From Podarcis pityusensis (taxonomy: Eukaryota), in assembly GCA_964106645.2 (NCBI GenBank), contig OZ067039.1: a stretch of DNA of 64,000 nucleotides; one strand, 5' to 3'. Each line of letters opens with the position of its first letter. Position 1 is the stretch's first letter. Below are positions 62,726 to 64,000 of the stretch, one piece after another. The notes under the pieces were generated by a model, which was not told where the DNA came from, made no database searches, and worked only from the letters and a program-made list of their open reading frames with translations. Position numbers and translations under genes: made by a program.

Positions 62726-64000
62726 CTGAAGTAAAAATGAGGAAGGAGGGTGAGGAAAGGGGCAGGGAAGGAAGGGAAGGCGGGTTTACAGGTTTTACAA
62801 ATTTCAACATCAAAATTGAGAGAGTGGATCAAAGGGGGAACGATATCGGTATAAAAAGGATGGAAACAAAAAGGGAAAAGTGAGAGAAAAGGGAAGGCAC
62901 CCATTGGGGTCAATTTCGTATCAAGGAGAAGCAGTGGAACAGGTCACACTACACTTGAGTCGTCTGATGCCTTCATATCTGCTCTGTACAAAGGTTAGTT
63001 CAAGCTGTTGAACATCCTTCATGGGGGGGGGGGAATCAGCCTTACCTTCAAATTAAGAGTTCCAAAGAATTCTTCTTTCATTTATTGCTTGTTTGTATAT
63101 AGCACAGTATTAACAGCAATGCATTTTTATATCTGTTTCATAAGATCAAGTGTGTTTCTCAAGCAGAAGCCCCCACCTCCACTCCCCAATGCCACATAGT
63201 AAACCACCTTTAAAGTTTTGATATAGAAAGGGGTATGTGTCTGCTGTTCAAGGGGGAGAAAATATGTTGAACATAATCAGTCTGACTTTGTTGTACAAAC
63301 AGGCAAGGTTTTCATGCAAGTTTCAATTTGTTAGCTAAGGATTTAATTTTCTCTTGCCTGCCATATTTGGTGACAGTACGGTTAATTTCCAGGGTAATGA
63401 TGTCAGTAAGTTAGAACCAATTGAAAGGAAGACTGGTCAAAAATTTGGACCTAAGCAGAATAGTAAAACTTACATATATCAGCTGCTCAATCTAAACTAT
63501 TATCAAACTCACTTGCAGAAAGGATAAGCCAGAAAAGGCTAAAATGTGGGTTGTTTTTTTTAAAGGACAATTTTGTGATAGAACTGTGTTTTAAATATAA
63601 GGCATGGCCAACCCATTCCAAAGGCACTACCAAGAGATGATTGTAAAATAGCTCATAATTTCCCTCCTCCTTCCTCAGGCTCTGTTCCCACACATAGTTT
63701 AGGCATGGTATGACTACTATTATGAATCTTAATTATTTACACACAGCTACCATTCCCTTGCTCATAGGTTGTTTTGTGGAAGGGTACAAGTTCGAAGAAT
63801 AACTGACACAAAAGAGGGATATGAGATGAGCCAGCCACTAAGGATTGCCTGAGACAAGCGCAGAAACTGTAGGTAACATGAAAAGATTACCAATGGAATA
63901 ATATGCTTCATAGATAATATTATCATGAAGTCCCTCAGGAGAGAAGCTTTATCTCCGACAGAAAGCTCTCTCACCAGAAGCCAATGTCCCCCCCCCCCGA

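Larger units (their letters stand above)
1..64000 (-). other. CACNA1G: Internal part of the T-type voltage-gated calcium channel alpha-1G (Cav3.1) gene, exons ~14-29
   Basis: 16 phase-consistent GT-AG exons give a continuous T-type channel reading frame. Segments diagnostic for CACNA1G rather than CACNA1H/I: SKEKQMA (25C), DLMLDDVI (exon 26) and EITKRE...QLSCIQLPVDS (exon 14). Confidence 0.96.

Noticed and set aside
1-64000. CRISPR arrays, operons, prokaryotic defence or mobile systems, rRNA genes
   Set aside because: The sequence is a eukaryotic intron-exon locus. No regularly spaced repeat-spacer array, rRNA or prokaryotic-type ORF cluster was seen.

Overview
This is vertebrate (squamate, probably lacertid lizard) genomic DNA, not prokaryotic. 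The whole window lies inside one minus-strand gene, CACNA1G (T-type calcium channel Cav3.1). Sixteen coding exons, corresponding to human exons 14-29, can be read with canonical GT-AG ends and consistent phases. They encode the II-III linker, all of domain III (pore motif SKDGW), the III-IV linker and domain IV S1-S4. Both ends of the gene lie outside the window. The three known mammalian alternative segments are present: cassette exon 14, the 21-nt 25C donor extension and cassette exon 26 (51 nt here). Each is flanked by candidate RBFOX, NOVA or SRRM4 motifs. The introns carry squamate repeats: a Sauria SINE with TSD, BovB, CR1, L2, Penelope-like ends, Tc1/mariner-type and hAT-type MITEs, and a possible Ngaro/DIRS remnant. 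There is one 166-N gap. I found no convincing new multi-gene system. The most unusual observations are a MITE at the centre of a perfect 36-bp palindrome, an exon that begins with a donor-like sequence (possible in-frame re-splicing), inverted MITEs bracketing exons 20-27, and a triple-nested LINE insertion. Exon numbering, comparisons with human and repeat family names come from memory, not from searches.
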